Below, in pieces: positions 58,588 through 64,000 of a DNA stretch of 64,000 bases; within the stretch, counting starts at the first letter, position 1, and every line of letters starts with the position of its first letter. Made by a program: the position numbers and the translations under genes. Source of the stretch: Eledone cirrhosa (taxonomy: Eukaryota); the NCBI GenBank assembly GCA_964016885.1, contig OZ024743.1, positions 70,246,001 to 70,310,000 on the forward strand. Direction: 5' to 3'. A model generated the notes under the pieces. The model saw only the letters and a program-made list of their open reading frames with translations, ran no database searches and had not been told where the DNA came from.

Positions 58588-58960
58588 AGATGGCATGACC
58601 ATCTTCCCGTTCCGCGGTGGCAGAACCCTCGTCTGGCATGCCACTAGCACCGACACTTTCTGCAGCCGCAACCTGGTGCAGTCTGCCACTAACCGACGTT
58701 CTGCTGCACGCCGGGCTGAGGAGGCCAATCTCTTCAAATACCGGTCACTCTCAGACAGGTTTGCGGTTGTTCCCTTGGCAGTGGAGACTTCTAGTGTCCT
58801 CTGCCCTAGGGCTACCTCCATACCCGCCACCTTAGGCGCTGAGTTGGCCAGCCGAAGGTGTGAGCCTCGCGAGTTGGAATGACTCTTCCAGCGCGTCTCC
58901 CTTGCCATCCCCCGGAGAAACACCTTTCTCTCCGCCGGGGCTGTGGAGAGGCCACCATTA
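58588..58960 (+). mobile_element. CRE-type element 3' fragment (endonuclease region)
   Basis: DGMTIFPFRGGRTLVWHATSTDTF..VVPLAVET..GAELASRRCEPRELE. Confidence 0.85.
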
Positions 58961-59706
58961 TGATTGATTATTATGGTAATGTATTGATTTCATTGATATA
59001 ATCTCACATTTATTGATATACACCCTGAAAACAACAGTAACCCTATATAGTATTTATCCAGTGTGTTCATCGTTAGTATGTATGTATATCTGTTTGAGTA
59101 TATAAGCTATGCGTTGATGGTGTATAATAATGGCTAAGAGAGAAAATGTTTTCATGGGTGTGTATACATGTGTGTATTTCTGTATATATGTATGAGGCTG
59201 GGTGTATGTGTATTTCTGTGTATATATATGTGGCTGGGTGTATGTGTATTTCTGTGTATGTATATATGTGGCTGAGTGTGTGTGTATTAGTGTGTATATA
59301 TGTATGTGGCTGGGTGTGTATATATTTGTGTGTATGTATATATGTGGGTGATGTAGGAAGGTGTATGTGTGTTTGTGTATATATGTATGTGGGTGGGTAT
59401 ATGTGTATTTGTGTGTATATATGTATGTGGATGGATGGATGTGCATTTGCGCGTATATATGGATGTGGGTGGGTGTATGTGTATTTATGAGTATGTATGT
59501 GGCTGCATGTGTGTGTGTATAAGTGAATCGATTGTCGTAGAAGGAAGAGAAACAAGGGGATTGGTCGCACACAATTCTATAAAATACATACATACACACA
59601 TACATATGTAGATACACACATTCACACTCGTACCTACACACACAAACACAAACATACACACACACATTATATATACACATATATATATAAATATATATAT
59701 ATGTGC

Positions 59707-59738
<32 letters not shown>

Positions 59739-59857
59739 GTGAGTGTGTGTGTATATATATATATGTACTCACAAACGCAAACACACACATGCACACACAT
59801 ATTATATATATACATATGTACTCACAAATGCAAACACACACGTGCACACACATATTA

Positions 59858-59889
<32 letters not shown>

Positions 59890-59970
59890 AATATATATAT
59901 ATAAATATATATATATGTGTGTGTGTGTGTATGTATATATATGTATGTATGCATGTATATATATATGACG

Positions 59971-60015
<45 letters not shown>

Positions 60016-60467
60016 AGAGAGAAAGGGAGAGAGTGGGAAAGGGAGAGAGAGAGAGATTGAGAGAGAGGGGGAGAGAAAGAGAGAGCGAGATAGAGAGAGA
60101 GAGAATGAGGAAAATGCTAAGTTGTAGATGTAAGTCTCCTTTATCAATTGAGTCGTTATAGATATTTGTTGGTTGTCTGTCAATACAGATTTTGACCCCT
60201 TAATGCACATAAGGATCATTTCCAACATGGTGTCTTATGTGACTTTTTAAACCAGGTAACGAAGCAAATACTCACCCACACACATTACAGGTAAGTTTTA
60301 GCAAATACTGTAGTAACTGAATTTGATGTACTTTCACATGTCTCTTTAGACCTTGTTAATTAAAAAGGTGTCAGATCTGGCATTGAGCAGGGTCTGCTCG
60401 CAAGTAGCTGTTATAGTCAATGTGAGGTTTATTGTGTATAGGTATATATATTTATTTATTAGCTTTA

Positions 60468-60522
<55 letters not shown>

Positions 60523-60528
<6 letters not shown>

Positions 60529-61130
60529 ACTTGGGGAGGTTCATATTGTTGTAATAATATTGCCAGAATTAATAACAGAACACAGTCACTGTTTGGTTGG
60601 ATTTCGGTTCTGTATCTTTTATATCAGTTAATTCATTCGGTCCTCAGTGTTTATCATTGACTGACCAACGGTCAAAAATACAGATATAATATAGATAATA
60701 CACATATATATAGTCTAACAAAGTTCTTTCGTTGCACATCTGCAACATCGTCAGTGGTGCTATTATATTCCTCCTGCGTATTTATGCCATCTTTATTTAA
60801 TCTGTTGCAATCTTTATTTAATTTAATCTGTACACCATCTTTATTTAAACGATGCTGCAGATGTACAACGAAAGAACTTTGTTAGACTATATATATGTGT
60901 TTATATCTATATTATATCTGTATTTTTGACCGTTGGTCAGTCAATGGTAAACATTGAGGACCGAATGAATTAACTGATATAAAAGATACAGAAGCGAAAA
61001 CCAATCAAACAGAGAGTGTGTTCTGTAATTAATTCTGGCAATATTATTACAACAATATGACCCTCCCCAAGTATAACAATATTTGTTTCGACACACGATT
61101 TCATATCAAAAACCTCGCAAAACAAATATA
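60523..61130. mobile_element. Inverted pair of a dispersed (TA)n-associated repeat (family E, probably PLE)
   Basis: 60523-60752 is inverted at 60848-61078. Further copies lie at 56535-56790, 32675-32755 and 11840-11868. Confidence 0.65.
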
Positions 61131-61145
61131 TATATATATATATAC

Positions 61146-61210
<65 letters not shown>

Positions 61211-61391
61211 ATAAAGAAATACACAGATACATGCGGACACATACATATACATGAATATATCCACATATATCCCTGAATTTGTGGTGCCAACCTCAACCGT
61301 TGTTGCTCTATGAATAACTGGGACAAAATAATGTGTTTTACAGAGCAGGAATATAAAATACACAAGTATTAAAGTTATGTTCAAATCATTT

Positions 61392-61444
61392 AATCGCTGA
61401 CAATTGTTTCTTCCAAACTTTAGTTTGGAATCATCGGAGCATTA
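61392..61444 (-). ncRNA. Type I hammerhead ribozyme at the PLE 3' end
   Basis: Minus strand reads aatgct-CCGATGA-ttccaaac-taaa-gtttggaa-GAAAC-aatt-GTC-agcgatt. Stem II is 8 bp, loop III is palindromic AATT, the cleavage triplet is GUC, and the core has a U4C change. Confidence 0.72.
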
Positions 61445-62690
61445 TCAATGTGTGTATATATAATTAACCGCCTATTCATCTGAAGAATCATATAGATACA
61501 TACATATTGATGTTGTGAACAACAGTTTAGTATATACACGGTGTAATGGATGCGACATATATTATACGAGAATTGTTCAATAATTCAAATTAAGATTAAA
61601 ATTAAAATTAAGATTAAAAGCACAGAGTGGTATACATGCGACAGATAATACAAAAGAATAGTCTAATAATTAAAGAGGCGTTGAGGAACCGTGTAGAGAT
61701 TGTACATGCGTTAGTCATATATATGGGAAGGAAACAGGCAAATGTATTAGGCATATATGAGTACTGTATGGCAAGGTATTACATAAAATACAAGCACTTT
61801 AAGCGAATATGTTAGTGTATTATGGAGGATGTAATGCGAGGATAGTTTCTGTATAGTTCAAATATGTATGTTTGTAGAATATGAAAGTTACAGATTTCCC
61901 ATCCATTACATTTGTTAAGTTATATTTTAGTTAATGTTTGTATTGAATATTTTTAGTTAGTTATAGTAATGAATTGTAACTTGGTCTTATTGAATTCCTA
62001 TTCGTGGATTAGAGTTGTTCTACAGCGAGATTTTTCAACGGTTTAATATCCGGAAGTGGATATGGAATTAAGGGGAGCTAATGCGTAAGGGGAGGTAACT
62101 AGCTCATTAAAATATTAAAATTATTTGCTCTAATAGACATTATATAGTGCCACAATTGAATCCCTTATACAAAATGTTAAATATTTATATTTAATTTTAA
62201 ATACAGTCTACTCTCTCATAATATATTAAATGTTTCATTAGATTGTTATCTACCCATTATTAGGCAAGATATTGAATAATGTATAGCTGTTTACATGTTA
62301 AATTAGATAAATCCCTTCTGTTAATGAATTAATCCTTTATATACAATGTTATTAATTTATACATTTAATTATAAATGTATATATAATTCATTGTCAGATA
62401 TTACATTTAATGTCTATACATATTATATTATATTTCAATTACTGTATATATTATAAGTAATCTAAAGTATTTATATTATAAGGTGGTGACTAGATGTTTA
62501 TTTCTAGAGTATAATGTTAGAGATAAATAGGATTTGTGTAGAGGAAAGAGCAGATCAAAGAGTGTGATGCTGTGGGGGAAGAAAAGTCTTAGAGGTGAAG
62601 TGCTAATGGTGGTGATGAATTCAAATCTGACATTGTTATATACTAGCGGCTAGGTTTAAAGCTATCGAATGAGTGTCGGTAGTGGTGTTG

Positions 62691-63803
62691 TCACGAGGAA
62701 AACATCTCTGACTTTTTATTTAGGAGGTTTAGTTTCGAAAAGATTATAGTATGGGTCTCTAGAAGACAGAGGTTACAAAATGTATTCGGTGGTTTATACG
62801 ATGCAGTCCTAGCTACTACTTCCCATTGAAGTGTATATGTTCTATTCATAGTTTTCAGACAGTGTATGTAGCTAGATAGTGAAGTGGAGTTAGCTAGATT
62901 TTGTTTTTTTTTGAAAGATTGGAGGTGTGAGTTGTATCTTGTCTTGAAGTAGTTCGAAGTAGAGCCAATATATGTTTTAGAAGTGTTGTCTTTGTTGACC
63001 GTGCAGGAGTAAATGATTTCTTTGATTAAGCAATTATTACTTAATGGGCAAGTTCTATTTGATCTACAGTTACATTTATTTTGGATGTTATCTTGCCGGT
63101 TATTATGTTGTGTAGAAGTCTGGTTGTTATTGATTTCATTAGTGTTATTACTATTATTACTATTGCTACTAGGGTTTGTAGTTATTATGTTGTTCTGTAA
63201 GTTTACCTCCTGCTGTGTTTTAATTAGTTGGAAATAATTATTAATCTTCCTTTTATTACTACTAGCTATATGGTATGCTATGTTAGGTGTGGTAGAGTAA
63301 GAGATTTTAATGGTGTTTTTATTTATAAGATTATGGTATTTGTGGCCAGATGGGAAGTTTTTTTCTAGGATTGGGAAGAAAGTCTTGGGTAAGTTGGTAG
63401 AGACGTTTAGATTGAAAGGAGGATTGAAGAATGTTTTAGTTCTTCTTCTATTTTTATTTTTTGTAATATCTATTGAGGTATTTCTGTTTATAATATTATT
63501 GTGGTGTTTACTTTGGTGCGAGTTAAGTTTGATATTACCGTTCGTATTAGAGTAAGAGTGGCTAGTACTCTTATTATTTTTCCTCATGGCCATATTGTGA
63601 GAAATAATGCTGTAACTATGTGATTTTATAGGTAGGAATTCAATCCCATTTTTATGGCCTGATTTAGCTAATGCCTGATTATAGTATTGGAAATTATTGT
63701 TATATATGGTTTCGTTATATGATAGATTAGAGATTCTATTAGATATTCCTTTAGTGATTGAGTTTAATATGGATTTAGGGTGGTTAGACTTGGTATCCCA
63801 CAT
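62691..63803 (-). pseudogene. PLE polyprotein C-terminal part with GIY-YIG endonuclease
   Basis: Motifs SNHP, FFNPPFN, KISYSTTPN, CNCR..CPL..CL..IIYSC..TYIGST..FKTRY..H..SF, CNLCLLE, LLNKKSE. The frame is disrupted upstream and the ORF-track start is not a real start. Confidence 0.88.
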
Positions 63804-64000
63804 AAATTAGTTTTTCGTTAGGTTTATGAAAGGGTGTATATATTTTAGAGTCTAGGTAAAGGGTAGCATCAAGGAAGTTAACATTTTTAGTGTTTTTGTC
63901 TAAGGTGATACTTAAGTAGGAGTTTTTGAAAATGTTATGTAATAGTTTCCTAGTTCTTTCTATATTAAATTGTTTATAGTCTATAAGGAGTAGTGCATCA

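Larger units (their letters stand above)
61390..64000 (-). mobile_element. Penelope-like retroelement (Naiad-like), 3' portion running off the window end
   Basis: 370-aa ORF 62691-63803, a frameshifted RT thumb upstream (NVNFLDATLYLDSKIYTPF), and a ~1.2-kb AT-rich 3' region ending in a hammerhead motif at 61392-61444. Confidence 0.92.

Noticed and set aside
60250-60300. Splice-donor-like motifs (caggtaac, caggtaag)
   Set aside because: No supportable exon or reading frame.
61450-62640. SECIS element for the PLE TGA
   Set aside because: The minus-strand ATGA sites inspected by eye lack a properly spaced AA loop with a paired stem and GA. A computational search is needed.

Overview
This is AT-rich, repeat-dominated eukaryotic DNA. 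The SINE types and extreme microsatellite density suggest an invertebrate, probably an octopus-like cephalopod (inference). No host protein-coding gene can be supported, and nearly all ORF-track entries are microsatellite artefacts. The window contains: (1) many (TA)n, (CA)n, (CT)n, (CTA)n and (GAA)n microsatellites; (2) two tRNA-derived SINE families in many copies, several with clear target-site duplications; (3) three GIY-YIG-coding remnants of Penelope-like elements (PLEs, Naiad-like Cys motifs) plus many short non-coding PLE-type termini in (TA)n tracts; (4) a decayed CRE-type non-LTR retrotransposon (RT + restriction-like endonuclease) with five more 3' fragments; (5) Helitron, hAT, Tc1/mariner, RTE-like and possible Merlin relics; (6) a diverged but phase-conserved 31-bp array. 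The most notable signal is a set of type I hammerhead ribozyme (HHR) motifs at PLE termini, together with repeated inverted duplications whose turning point falls inside the hammerhead (GTTTC-hairpin-GAAAC). This suggests fold-back or template switching at the ribozyme during retrotransposition. One PLE ORF also has an in-frame TGA at a conserved Cys position (possible selenocysteine). Coordinates of degenerate repeats are approximate and were read by eye.
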